NCBI GenBank assembly: GCA_910584715.1
Contig: CAJUAN010000010.1
Span: 13,496 to 77,495 of the forward strand
From: an uncultured Oscillospiraceae bacterium
GTDB taxonomy: Bacteria > Bacillota > Clostridia > Oscillospirales > Ruminococcaceae
Length of the DNA: 64,000 nucleotides
Direction of reading: 5' to 3'
Shown here: positions 35,922 to 44,681 of the stretch, piece after piece
Numbering within the stretch: position 1 is the first letter of the stretch
Layout of the letters: every line of letters starts with the position of its first letter
The notes under the pieces: model-generated
Database searches by the model: none
What the model saw: only the letters and a program-made list of their open reading frames with translations
What the model was told of the DNA's origin: nothing
Made by a program: the position numbers and the translations under genes

Positions 35922-37268
35922 TCAACTGTTCGGGTAACGGTACTGCTTTACAATAAAGCTATCGCCGCCGTTTACCTCAATGACGAAATCTCCGCCGTCC
36001 ACATAGCCGTCAAGCACATGGTCGCTGTTGTATTTTTCCTGCTTTGTATGATATGTCACCGTATTTTCGTCTATCTCCCAGTTGGTTATGGTAAGCTTGC
36101 CCAGCTCCTCGTTAATGCCTCCGTCGCCGAGAATGGTGTAAAGCTCTCCGCCGATATCGCGGTACTGCTGAGGAGCTTTCAGAAACATTTCATTGACTAT
36201 CTTTTCGTCAAAGTATTTAAGAACATAGCTTCGCATCTCCGTAAGAGTAGAGAACCTCGGGTCGTCCACCTTAAAGAAATACCTGCTGTCGCTGCTGTCA
36301 GCGGCTCCGACCTCCACATAATTCTCATAGTCGCTCACATTGAGGCTTGTGGCAATGAAATACTGGTATATACTTCCTGCGATTGCATGGGCGGCGTATC
36401 CGTAATAAAGAGGGTTGTCAGAAACCTCCGTCCATGTTTCGCGGGCGCGGCGCATGGTCATGTCGTTGGGATTAAGGGTATAGGTTATTATTTCGGTGGA
36501 AAGGCTTCCGTCTTCGTTTACGGTAACGATCGGCTCAGGCATGAATTTAAGATTCTCAGTACGGTACAGGCTGCTCTCGGGAATATAGCCCATGCGGTCA
36601 AGAACCTCGGTGTTATTGTCAGGAACTACGGCGCTTCTCATTGCCGAAACGCCGACAGGCTGCGCTGAACTGTCAGCGTCGTCCGTTACGCTGTTATCCT
36701 GCGGTTCGGTATTGTAGACCTCCACCTCTACAAGGCGGCCGTCCAGAATGGAGTACAGTCTGCTTACGCTGTACGGAAGCGTTTCGTCGTCAAAGTTCAT
36801 AAGGAAGAAATCTATTTTCAGCAGGTCGGGTATGCCGCCGTTTTCTTCGGAGGCGCTTTTTATTACTGTGCAGACCTGGCTCGCATACTGCTGTGAATAC
36901 GGAAAATTCACCATATAGTTGTCGGGGGGAACAACGCTGAATTTTGTGAAGCCGAACTGATTGTCCTCAACGGTAAGCGTGAGTCCTGTGCCGTTTTCGT
37001 CGGGAGTTACCGTTATCATATAGTTGTTGCCGTATGCTGAAAAATCATATGTGTAGTATGTGAAAGGTTCGTCGTAGGTCTCAATGCCGTTATCAAGAGA
37101 ATAAGCGGCAGGAGCGTTTCTCACAAGAAGCTCCGAAGCTTCCGCGGGAGCTGTTTCCTCGGATATTTCGCTGATCTTCGGGTCTGCTCCGGTTCCGCAC
37201 GAGCTGAATGAAACCGCGGCTGTCAGTACCGAAAGAGCCATAACAGCGGCACAAAGTTTATATCTCAA
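35922..37268 (-). CDS. Lipoprotein of unknown function
   Basis: The long ORF has only alternative starts. TTG at 37268 follows AAAGGAG; the track start at 37310 is also TTG. Signal peptide and lipobox LCAAVMALSVLTAAVSFSSCG. No recognisable domain. Confidence 0.65.
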   Translation of the reverse strand: MRYKLCAAVMALSVLTAAVSFSSCGTGADPKISEISEETAPAEASELLVRNAPAAYSLDNGIETYDEPFTYYTYDFSAYGNNYMITVTPDENGTGLTLTVEDNQFGFTKFSVVPPDNYMVNFPYSQQYASQVCTVIKSASEENGGIPDLLKIDFFLMNFDDETLPYSVSRLYSILDGRLVEVEVYNTEPQDNSVTDDADSSAQPVGVSAMRSAVVPDNNTEVLDRMGYIPESSLYRTENLKFMPEPIVTVNEDGSLSTEIITYTLNPNDMTMRRARETWTEVSDNPLYYGYAAHAIAGSIYQYFIATSLNVSDYENYVEVGAADSSDSRYFFKVDDPRFSTLTEMRSYVLKYFDEKIVNEMFLKAPQQYRDIGGELYTILGDGGINEELGKLTITNWEIDENTVTYHTKQEKYNSDHVLDGYVDGGDFVIEVNGGDSFIVKQYRYPNS

Positions 37269-37473
37269 TATATTCTCACGCTCCTTTCCGACAGATATTA
37301 ACACGCCCAAACGGGATAAATTCCCGCAGTTATCTTTTTATTCCTGTAATAATTATATCATCTTTCCGGTGTGAAATCAATTACATTTCGTTTACAGTTT
37401 TATTACTTGCGGGGTACAAAAGCCGTTTGCGGACACAGTTTGTTAATTTTCGGTGAACTATTTGCAGGTAATA

Positions 37474-37502
37474 TTGTATTCAAAGAAGCGATGATTTATA
37501 AT
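37474..37502 (+). promoter_or_regulatory. Sigma-A type promoter for the radical-SAM/MazG operon
   Basis: TTGTAT(37474-37479), 17-nt spacer, TATAAT(37497-37502). Confidence 0.55.
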
Positions 37503-37553
37503 TGAAACTATAGTACATATATTCCGGCAGACACAAAAGAACGGAGAATATAA

Positions 37554-38324
37554 ATGGAGGCGAACCCGTACACAAAAAATCTTGACCGTCTGGAATTTAT
37601 GGTCACCCTTGCCTGTACAGGACGGTGCAGGCACTGTTCCGAGGGCGACCATTCGGGCAGCGGAGAGCATATCAGCGGCGGCGTCGGCGCGCAGGCGGTA
37701 AGAAGCCTTGCAGCCGTCCGCACTATAGATTCTGTTATGACCTTCGGCGGAGAGCCTTTGCTGTACCCGGAGGCGGTCTGTAAGATACACGCCGCGGCGC
37801 GGGACTGCGGCATTCCTAAGCGTCAGCTTATCACAAACGGTTACTTCACTAAGGATATCCAAAAGATAAGGGATACCGCCGCCGAGCTTGTTTGGAGCGG
37901 GGTAAACGACATTCTGCTATCTGTCGACGCTTTTCATCAGGAGACTATTCCGGTAAACGTCGTCAAAAGCTTTGCCGAAGCGGTAAAGGCGGTGAAGTAC
38001 AAAGGCGTAACAATACGCGTGCACCCCGCGTGGCTGGTGAGTGAAACCGACGGAAATCCCTACAATTCCAAAACGCGGGAGCTGATCGGGGAGTTCGCCG
38101 CAATGGGTATTAAAGCCTCCGGAGGGAACGTTATTTTTCCCGACGGGAACGCTTTGAAATATCTTAAAGAATATTTTGACCCCGCCGCAAAGTACGAAAA
38201 CCCCTATACCGAAGACCCTAACGATATGCTGACTGCGAGTGTTTCCCCCGACGGAAGCGTTCTCGGTGGGAACATTTACGACACGGATTTGGCGGAACTG
38301 GCGGAACGCTATTGTCCACAGTAA
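37554..38324 (+). CDS. Radical SAM protein (small, single-cluster type)
   Basis: CX3CX2C motif in LACTGRCRHCSEG near the N-terminus and a GGEPLL SAM-binding motif. 256 aa, with no SPASM-like Cys-rich C-terminus. Confidence 0.8.
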   Translation: MEANPYTKNLDRLEFMVTLACTGRCRHCSEGDHSGSGEHISGGVGAQAVRSLAAVRTIDSVMTFGGEPLLYPEAVCKIHAAARDCGIPKRQLITNGYFTKDIQKIRDTAAELVWSGVNDILLSVDAFHQETIPVNVVKSFAEAVKAVKYKGVTIRVHPAWLVSETDGNPYNSKTRELIGEFAAMGIKASGGNVIFPDGNALKYLKEYFDPAAKYENPYTEDPNDMLTASVSPDGSVLGGNIYDTDLAELAERYCPQ

Positions 38325-38352
38325 AAAAATTTATAAAACGGAGGAATCCAAA

Positions 38353-38691
38353 ATGACGATAAACGAATACCAGAAGCTTGCAATGACGACGCTGAGTCCT
38401 ACAGTAAGCACCAGAAGGGACGCTCTTATCAACGGCGTTATGGGGCTTTGCGGAGAATCGGGAGAAGCCATCGACATCGTTAAGAAATGGTTCGCCCAGG
38501 GTCACGAGCTTGACAGGGAGCACCTTATAAAGGAGCTTGGGGACGTGGCGTGGTACCTTGCGGAGACAGCCTATGCGCTGGGCGTTTCCCTTGAGGATGT
38601 ATTGCAGCTCAACATAGACAAGCTGAAAAAAAGATATCCCGACGGCTTCGAGACCGAACGCTCTCAGGTTCGGCTCAGCGGGGATATCTGA
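38353..38691 (+). CDS. MazG-like nucleoside triphosphate pyrophosphohydrolase (small all-alpha type)
   Basis: ATG at 38353 has GGAGGAA upstream. INEYQKLAMTT...GLCGESGEAIDIVKK...ELGDVAWYLAE...NIDKLKKRY is the MazG/NTP-PPase EExxE..D pattern. Starts 28 nt after the radical-SAM stop. Confidence 0.8.
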   Translation: MTINEYQKLAMTTLSPTVSTRRDALINGVMGLCGESGEAIDIVKKWFAQGHELDREHLIKELGDVAWYLAETAYALGVSLEDVLQLNIDKLKKRYPDGFETERSQVRLSGDI

Positions 38692-38742
38692 TATTGTTTT
38701 AACTGCGATATATATTTATACGGTATGAAAGGAACGGTCGGT

Positions 38743-39396
38743 ATGAACGGAAAAAAACTTTATTTTGCGGCAGGTCTGATACTGCTGGTATTCTCCCTGC
38801 TGACCTTTGCGTCCTGCGGAATGTCCGGGGACAAGATCGCCGCCGAGGGTAAAAAGCTCTACACGGCGGGCAGCTATGCGGAAGCTCTGGAGAAATTTAC
38901 CGAAGCCGAAGAAGCGGGCTTGAAAAATTTCAGGGCGGCGGAGCTTTACTACTGCATGGGCAACTGCTTCTATCACCTTGAAAACTACGGAAAATGCGTT
39001 GATTACCAGCTCAAATGCGTTGAAGCGGAGCCGGAATATTTCAGCGGCTGGGTCAGCCTCGGGGTAGCCTACAGGAAGATAGGAGAGCGGGACAAGGCAA
39101 TGGAATGCTACCGGACCGCTTTGAAATACGACCCTCACAACTCGGATTCCGCCGCGCTCTATATAAGTCTGGGATCGCTCTCAATAGAGCTGGGCAAACC
39201 GATGTCGGCTATTGATTATCTTGAATCGGCGCAGGAGATTTTTCCCGAAAGCGCGGACGTTTACGCTTATCTTGCGATAGCCTACAAAATGGCTCTGGAG
39301 CCCGAAAAATCCGCTGACGCCCTGGCTAAAGCGCAGGCGCTTGGCTACTCCAAAATGGACGAGGTAAACGACCGTCTTGCAAAGCTTGACAAATAA
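38743..39396 (+). CDS. TPR-repeat lipoprotein
   Basis: Signal peptide and lipobox LLVFSLLTFASCG. Several TPR-like 34-aa units (YYCMGNCFYHLENYGKCVDYQLKCVEAEP, WVSLGVAYRKIGERDKAMECYRTALKYDP). The start could be 38725 or 38743. Confidence 0.75.
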   Translation: MNGKKLYFAAGLILLVFSLLTFASCGMSGDKIAAEGKKLYTAGSYAEALEKFTEAEEAGLKNFRAAELYYCMGNCFYHLENYGKCVDYQLKCVEAEPEYFSGWVSLGVAYRKIGERDKAMECYRTALKYDPHNSDSAALYISLGSLSIELGKPMSAIDYLESAQEIFPESADVYAYLAIAYKMALEPEKSADALAKAQALGYSKMDEVNDRLAKLDK

Positions 39397-39487
39397 AATG
39401 CAATCTGCCGCTGCGGATATTATTTAAACGTTAAGCAAGCCTAAGCAAGTATACGGTCTATGTACAGATCATAAATGTCACGAAAGC

Positions 39488-40723
39488 TTATCCTTTGGAA
39501 ATAAGCTCCGCGGAATAATCCTCGTTAAGCTTCCATATCTGGTAGGCGTTTCCGACGGAAACCGAGTCGGAGCTTATCACGGCGGACATGATCCCCTTGT
39601 CCTCCGCTGCGGATATCTCCGCCGACAGAGCCTTGTCAAACAGCGATGTAAACAAAAGTATCCCCGCTCCGCTTCCCTTTTCGGAAAGCTCGTCGGAAGG
39701 AAGCCGTCCGCACCTTTCGCTTTCGTCTGCAAAGCCGTAGTCAGCAAGCTTTAACTGCAAAGCGGAAACGTCCGCGGGTTCGGAAATCGAAAAGCTTTCC
39801 CATGCGCCTGCTGTGCCTGTTGCTTTTGCTGCGCTTGCTATGCTGCCGAAACGGCACCAGACTGTGGATTCAAAGCCGCATTTGAGAAGTCCCAGCGCGG
39901 CGGCAAGTACTCCCTCCACCGCCCTTTCGTTTTCGTATACGTTGCTTCCGCCGCGGCTGTCAAGTACGATATTCTGCTGAACCGATTCTATTTCGTCGTC
40001 CAGTCTGACCATGTATTTGTCCCTCTTTGAGGACAGCTTCCAGTTTATTCTTTTGATCGGGTCGCCCTCTGTATAGTCCCTGTGGGTGTAGCCGGGCATT
40101 CCCGCAAAACAGTTCACGTTATCGGTCTCCCGTGTCTCTTCGCTGTCGTCGGCAAGCTTTGCGTTTTCGGCAGCCGCCCGAAGTATGGGAGCGTCCCCTG
40201 CCATTTCGGGAATATCGGGAAACACCTTTATCAAATGGAGAAGTCCGTTTTCCTCTGACTGCGGCAAATTCATGCGGAACTTGAAAAATTTCATAAAATC
40301 ATGAAGCTCCGCGCTTTTTACTCCTATACGGCACCCGCCCCATACCTTTGCGCGGTATACTGCTTCTACCGTTGTCTCGGAGCGGGGAGGAATGCTCATC
40401 ACGCAGCTTTTAAAGCCGGACGCAGGCTCCAGCCCGTCCGGAACGGCAAGGAACAGCTTTACCGCGGGAACGGGAAAAAAGCTTTTGTTAGCGGCGGTTA
40501 TTTTAAGGGTAACAGTCTCCTTTTTATAGAGCATTGTACGGTTAACATCCGAAGTAAGTACAATGCTTTTTTTTGTGTGCAGAAACAATGTTACTAAAAA
40601 GGAAAAAACAGGCGCGCATACGAAAATGTAAACGAACGTCCAGCCTATGGCGGCGGAAAGATACAGCGCAAACATCACGCACAAAAATATAGCGAGAAGA
40701 TACATAAAAATTTTCGAGATCAT
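39488..40723 (-). CDS. DUF58-family protein (MoxR partner) with N-terminal TM helices
   Basis: DUF58 core pattern YTHRDYTEGDPIKRINWKLSSKRDKYMVRLDD...VLDSRG. Two N-terminal TM helices. Starts 6 nt after the MoxR stop. Confidence 0.8.
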   Translation of the reverse strand: MISKIFMYLLAIFLCVMFALYLSAAIGWTFVYIFVCAPVFSFLVTLFLHTKKSIVLTSDVNRTMLYKKETVTLKITAANKSFFPVPAVKLFLAVPDGLEPASGFKSCVMSIPPRSETTVEAVYRAKVWGGCRIGVKSAELHDFMKFFKFRMNLPQSEENGLLHLIKVFPDIPEMAGDAPILRAAAENAKLADDSEETRETDNVNCFAGMPGYTHRDYTEGDPIKRINWKLSSKRDKYMVRLDDEIESVQQNIVLDSRGGSNVYENERAVEGVLAAALGLLKCGFESTVWCRFGSIASAAKATGTAGAWESFSISEPADVSALQLKLADYGFADESERCGRLPSDELSEKGSGAGILLFTSLFDKALSAEISAAEDKGIMSAVISSDSVSVGNAYQIWKLNEDYSAELISKG

Positions 40724-40729
40724 ATGGCG

Positions 40730-41659
40730 TTACTCCGTCGGCACGGGGACACGCTCAAGTATTTTCACAAAAACGTTTTCCTGAGTTTCGTATATTGATT
40801 TGCCTTTCGGGGACAGCATTATCCTGTGGGCAAGGGTGCATACGCAGCAATCCTTTACGTCCTGGGGAGTGATGAAGTCCCTGCCGTCCATAAACGCCCA
40901 TGCCTTTGCGGACTTGTAGAGCGCGATACTTCCGCGGGGGCTTACTCCAAGCTTTATCCCCTCGTCGGAGCGGGTGGCGTTCGCAACGGCGATTATATAG
41001 TCCTTGACGTTTTGTGACGCTCTGACTTTTTTGACCTGTTCCTGCAAAGCGATTATGTCCTCCGTGGACAGTACCGCCGCTATTCGTGTTATGGGGTTAT
41101 CGTTCTCATTCCTGTCCAGTATCTCCGATTCCTCCGAAGCGGTGGGATAACCCATGCTTATCTTCATGGAAAAGCGATCCATCTGCGCCTCGGGAAGATG
41201 ATAGGTGCCGTAGGTCTCAACGGGATTCTGGGTAGCTATTACCATAAACGGCGCGGGCAGCGCGTAGGTGTTTCCGTCAATGCTGACCTGGCGTTCCTCC
41301 ATTACCTCAAGAAGCGAGGACTGAGCTTTCGGCGAGGCGCGGTTTATTTCGTCCGCAAGCAGAAAGTTGCAGAATGCCGCGCCCTTACGGTACTCAAAGT
41401 CTCCCGTTTCGCGGTTGAGCATGGAAAACCCCGTGATGTCGGAGGGCATTATGTCGGGAGTCATCTGTACGCGGCTGAACGTGCCGTTTACAGACTTTGC
41501 CAGAGCAGCCGCAAGCTGGGTCTTGCCCACGCCGGGGACGTCCTCCAGAAGAACGTGTCCGCCGATGAGAAGCGCGGCGGCGGTCTGGACTATAGGCGTG
41601 CGCTTGCCTACTATTACCTTTTCGATGTTGCCGATAAGAGCTTCGATTTTAGCGTCCAT
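40730..41659 (-). CDS. MoxR-family AAA+ ATPase
   Basis: HVLLEDVPGVGKT Walker A, LLADEINRA Walker B, ATQNP, typical AAA_3/MoxR order. 309 aa. Confidence 0.9.
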   Translation of the reverse strand: MDAKIEALIGNIEKVIVGKRTPIVQTAAALLIGGHVLLEDVPGVGKTQLAAALAKSVNGTFSRVQMTPDIMPSDITGFSMLNRETGDFEYRKGAAFCNFLLADEINRASPKAQSSLLEVMEERQVSIDGNTYALPAPFMVIATQNPVETYGTYHLPEAQMDRFSMKISMGYPTASEESEILDRNENDNPITRIAAVLSTEDIIALQEQVKKVRASQNVKDYIIAVANATRSDEGIKLGVSPRGSIALYKSAKAWAFMDGRDFITPQDVKDCCVCTLAHRIMLSPKGKSIYETQENVFVKILERVPVPTE

Positions 41660-41673
41660 TTTTGCTATCCTTT

Positions 41674-42744
41674 CTATTGCAGATTTGTTTCCGTGACTAA
41701 GGCGGGATTGGTGATAATGTCCCGAACCTCGTCTCTTGTGAGAAGCCTTGTACCCGTCGTTCCCTCCAGGAAAATCTCCTGGGAGGTCTCCACAAGGTCG
41801 AAGGACTGCTCTAAAACTCCCATTATCTCGGGAACTATCACATCGTTCAGACTGCTTGTGAGCAGTCCCAGCGCAAGCAGGGGATTAGCCGCTTCGGAGT
41901 ACTGCCTTGCGGTATCGTCAACGTTTCCGAGGGCAAGGATAAGCCTGTCAAAATATTTCAGGCTGTCCTCATAGAGCGCGGCGAATTGTTCGCCGTACTG
42001 TCCCGCGCCGCGGTATTTTTCCTCAAAATCGTTCCGCAGGGTCTCCGCCTCTGCTTTTAGCGCGCCGAAATCCGTGCTCAGCATTGCGGACACGTCGCTG
42101 ACGTTCACCGCGTCCATTATCATATTGAGACTTTGGACGACGCTGCTTTCCATTTCCGCGGCGAGAAGCTTTTTCTCCCTCAGCTCGGGACGTGTCTCCG
42201 CCTCCGCGTACCTGAAGCCGTCCAGAAAATAATGGTCTATTAGGAAATTCACTACTTGCTCCTGCTCGGCGTCGGTAAGCCCGAACATGGTCTTTATTGG
42301 TATCCCCGACCTGTCCGCGGGAAGAATGCCTCCCCGGGTATAGTCCGTGATTATTTCGTCCGATACGGAGGTTTCCTCCGCGGAATTTTCCGTTTCGGGA
42401 GGAAGCGTTTCCGTCTCGGTAGCCGTCGTTGTTTCCGTTTCTGTTTCGGGCTGTTCCGTCTCGGAGGTTTCCGTTTCGGACGGTTCCGTCTCAGGCGGTT
42501 CGGTAACGACCGGCTTTGTCTCCATAACGGAGGTCACGAGGGTCTCCCCCCGTTCCTCAAGCTCAAGACGCACCTGTTCCTCGGCTTTTTTGAGCTGCTC
42601 CTCGAGACGGCTCTGCATTACCGCTTCGGCAAGAGTTTTCTCCCGCGCGGCAGTCTCAGCGGCGTAGCCCTCGGTACTGTACGCCGCCGCTATCGTGCAG
42701 AGTATTCCGACGGCAAGTATTATCAGTATTTTCAGAAGCTTCAT
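41674..42744 (-). CDS. N-terminally anchored or secreted protein with an acidic Thr/Glu/Pro-rich linker and a helical C-terminal domain; function unknown
   Basis: ATG at 42744 has AAAGGAG 6 nt upstream. Hydrophobic N-terminus MKLLKILIILAVGILCTIAAAY. Linker TEPPETEPSETETSETEQPETETETTTATETETLPPETE. Confidence 0.7.
   Translation of the reverse strand: MKLLKILIILAVGILCTIAAAYSTEGYAAETAAREKTLAEAVMQSRLEEQLKKAEEQVRLELEERGETLVTSVMETKPVVTEPPETEPSETETSETEQPETETETTTATETETLPPETENSAEETSVSDEIITDYTRGGILPADRSGIPIKTMFGLTDAEQEQVVNFLIDHYFLDGFRYAEAETRPELREKKLLAAEMESSVVQSLNMIMDAVNVSDVSAMLSTDFGALKAEAETLRNDFEEKYRGAGQYGEQFAALYEDSLKYFDRLILALGNVDDTARQYSEAANPLLALGLLTSSLNDVIVPEIMGVLEQSFDLVETSQEIFLEGTTGTRLLTRDEVRDIITNPALVTETNLQ
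42386..42507. repeat. Low-complexity tandem repeat (GTTTCCGTYTCGG-like units) encoding the (S/T/P)ETE linker
   Basis: At least six imperfect copies of TTCCGTCTCGG / TTCCGTTTCGG are visible on the plus strand. Confidence 0.7.
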
Positions 42745-42778
42745 GGTACTCCTTTCGATGTTTGAGGTATAACAAATT

Positions 42779-43222
42779 TTACGATACTTCCGATGAGTAT
42801 TTTTCCTGCTCTTCATCGGAAAAAGCTCCGCTCCAATGATACGGAGACAACTCGTCCAGAGTGCGGAAAATTATCTCGTTTTTTGGGTTCGTGACTGCGA
42901 CCTTTACGGAATCTCCCCAAAACATCCGCCTTTCCTGACATATGCCGCAGGCGGTGAGAATTATCGGTTTTGCTTTTTCACTGCTTCTTGTGACGCACAT
43001 GGAATGTGTTATCCGCAAATTGTATTTCTGCGCTTCACACATCGCTCCTGTTTCCATGCAAAGTCCTGCGCCGCTGTTAAAGTTTTCGAGCGCAACGCTT
43101 ATCAAAAATTTTCCGTCGGCGGTACGCATAACCGCGCAGCCTCCCCAGCCCTCCGGAAACCGTTTATCAAGAAAATCACAGGCTTTGGAGTACATTTCCG
43201 TACCAATGATCTTATCGTCCAT
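42779..43222 (-). CDS. Cytidine-deaminase-fold protein, blasticidin-S-deaminase-like
   Basis: 147 aa. The zinc/catalytic pattern C-x-E (GLCMETGAMCEA), then ..ACGICQE.., then a C-terminal LSPYHW is laid out like CAE...PCGxCRQ...LLP in small cytidine/blasticidin-S deaminases. Confidence 0.65.
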   Translation of the reverse strand: MDDKIIGTEMYSKACDFLDKRFPEGWGGCAVMRTADGKFLISVALENFNSGAGLCMETGAMCEAQKYNLRITHSMCVTRSSEKAKPIILTACGICQERRMFWGDSVKVAVTNPKNEIIFRTLDELSPYHWSGAFSDEEQEKYSSEVS

Positions 43223-43233
43223 TGTAACCCTCC

Positions 43234-43989
43234 TTACGCGGCTTTACCCCTACCCAGATTCTTTTTGCTTACGGCAGCCAGTGAGAAGACATACGTCGCC
43301 CCCGACGACGCCGCAAGTACCAAGCACCGCAGAAGCTGACTTCCCAGACCGTTTGAGCCTGCCGTCATATTCAGCAGTCCCAGGGCTATCCCCGTAAAAA
43401 GGGAAACGAACAGTGCGGCGGATTCCCTGCCTGTCAGCAATGAAAAAAACATATTTATCATTCCGCAGAACAGGTACAGCAGAAACGCGGATAATGCCGC
43501 TCCCGCTATTGTGGGCAGGGGCGAAGCGGAAAAATCGGCGGCGGGACTTCCGGTCATTACGCGGAATCCCACAAAGCCGCTGCTCCACACGCCGCTGAAC
43601 TCAAACGTCCGCGAGCATACAATAAGGTTCACCGCCGCTACCGCCGCGAAAAACAGAGCCGTATTCACCCCATAGGTAATAGCTTTTCCCGCAAGCCAGC
43701 GGGAGCGGCTGCCGCACCGCAGGATATCTATTCCTCCGAAATCCTCGCCGAACATTATCCCGCACACGGTAAAAAGGTACAGCGGCAGATATATGAACAC
43801 TATATTTGTGATATCGGTAATTATCAAAAACATTGCCTCAAAGGAGGAAAACGCCGCGGTCTCCGCAAGGTCTATGTATTTGCGGACGCTTACCGCCGCC
43901 GTAAAGGCTATAACGGCCAGCGCAAGGCACCAACGCGCCGCGGGGATATGCTCTGTCAGGCTGAACCTGAGTCCTCTCAGCTTTATCAT
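43234..43989 (-). CDS. ABC-2-type transporter permease subunit
   Basis: 251 aa, about 6 TM helices. Start overlaps the upstream stop by 4 nt (ATGA). Confidence 0.7.
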   Translation of the reverse strand: MIKLRGLRFSLTEHIPAARWCLALAVIAFTAAVSVRKYIDLAETAAFSSFEAMFLIITDITNIVFIYLPLYLFTVCGIMFGEDFGGIDILRCGSRSRWLAGKAITYGVNTALFFAAVAAVNLIVCSRTFEFSGVWSSGFVGFRVMTGSPAADFSASPLPTIAGAALSAFLLYLFCGMINMFFSLLTGRESAALFVSLFTGIALGLLNMTAGSNGLGSQLLRCLVLAASSGATYVFSLAAVSKKNLGRGKAA

Positions 43990-44681
43990 TGACGGTCAGC
44001 CTCCTTTCCCAACGCGGTCAGAAGCAGCCCTGCCGCCGCCAGTACCGCAGGCAGTACAAAGCGGTCGGGGGTCATAGCGGTACCGTTCAGAGCCGGTGAG
44101 ATATCCAGAGGCGGATAAAATCTGTCCAGCTTCAGGTACGGAAACGCGTATATGGCAAGCAGATAAAGCACCTGGGGCATGACGAGGGGTACGTACCGTT
44201 GACGGTTAACAAAGGTCAGCCCGTAGGACAGAGCCGCCCAGCCGAATCCGAAGGTTACCGGAAGCGCAAGCAGCAGCGGGTCGGGCGTATCCCCGAGAGC
44301 CGCGCAGACCGCGAACAATCCTATGTGGGGAATTGCCAATGCTGCCGCACCGGAAAGTCCCACGGTAAAAAACCTTTTTATGCGGTAATGCCTGTTCTGC
44401 TTTTGCGTACCGCTCTGTTTCAGTATCATAAGCGCGCCGAATTTTGTTTCCCGCTCGGTCATTATCATTACCGCGTAGGGCATAGCCGCCAGCAGCGGAG
44501 CCGCAAATGGCAGCGCAAGAGCCTGCGCCCTGCCGTAAAGACCGCTTACGTCACCCGCCCTATCTTCTGCCGAAAGACAGTACCCCAGACCGCCGAAAAG
44601 CAGTAACGCGCCCAAAACCAAGCTTAGCCAAAATGATTGCTCCGTAAAAATACGCTTTATGTCCGTCTTAAAAAAATTCAT
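43986..44681 (-). CDS. ABC-2-type transporter permease subunit
   Basis: 231 aa, about 6 TM helices. Start overlaps the ATPase stop by 4 nt. Confidence 0.7.
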   Translation of the reverse strand: MNFFKTDIKRIFTEQSFWLSLVLGALLLFGGLGYCLSAEDRAGDVSGLYGRAQALALPFAAPLLAAMPYAVMIMTERETKFGALMILKQSGTQKQNRHYRIKRFFTVGLSGAAALAIPHIGLFAVCAALGDTPDPLLLALPVTFGFGWAALSYGLTFVNRQRYVPLVMPQVLYLLAIYAFPYLKLDRFYPPLDISPALNGTAMTPDRFVLPAVLAAAGLLLTALGKEADRQ

